From NCBI RefSeq assembly GCF_004010195.1, contig NC_057729.1:13482777-13546776 (forward strand): DNA of 64,000 nucleotides, given 5' to 3'. The position numbers and the translations under genes were made by a program. Position 1 is the first letter of the stretch, and every line of letters starts with the position of its first letter. The notes beneath the pieces are model-generated. The model was not told the DNA's origin, made no database searches, and saw only the letters and a list, made by a program, of their open reading frames with translations. Below, one piece after another: positions 63,985 to 64,000 of the stretch. This stretch comes from Chiloscyllium plagiosum (lineage: Eukaryota).

Positions 63985-64000
63985 CAGGTACACAATCCTT

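Noticed and set aside
1-64000. CRISPR arrays, operons or other prokaryotic systems
   Set aside because: Vertebrate DNA; no regularly spaced repeat-spacer array or bacterial gene organisation seen.

Overview
This window is vertebrate genomic DNA, almost certainly from a cartilaginous fish (shark), judged by HE1-type tRNA SINEs and CR1/HER1-type LINEs. It holds one host gene, an intronless melanocortin-3 receptor CDS (mc3r, minus strand, 18613-19575), in a transposon-rich region with no other recognisable host gene. About 7.5 kb upstream of mc3r lies a complete but decayed 8.7-kb class I endogenous retrovirus (27033-35738). It has paired LTRs, an ATGGT target-site duplication (TSD), a tRNA-Pro PBS, gag, an amber stop followed by a readthrough-type pseudoknot, pro-pol, env and a PPT. 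The window also carries many Penelope-like element (PLE) pieces bearing minimal hammerhead-ribozyme motifs; many are short, internally inverted and bounded by 10-14 bp TSDs. Other repeats include two Gypsy-type solo LTRs with 4-bp TSDs, Tigger/pogo-type MITEs, CR1, Tx1 and Rex/Babar LINE fragments, and a 448-N assembly gap. All family assignments come from motifs recognised by eye; no searches were run.
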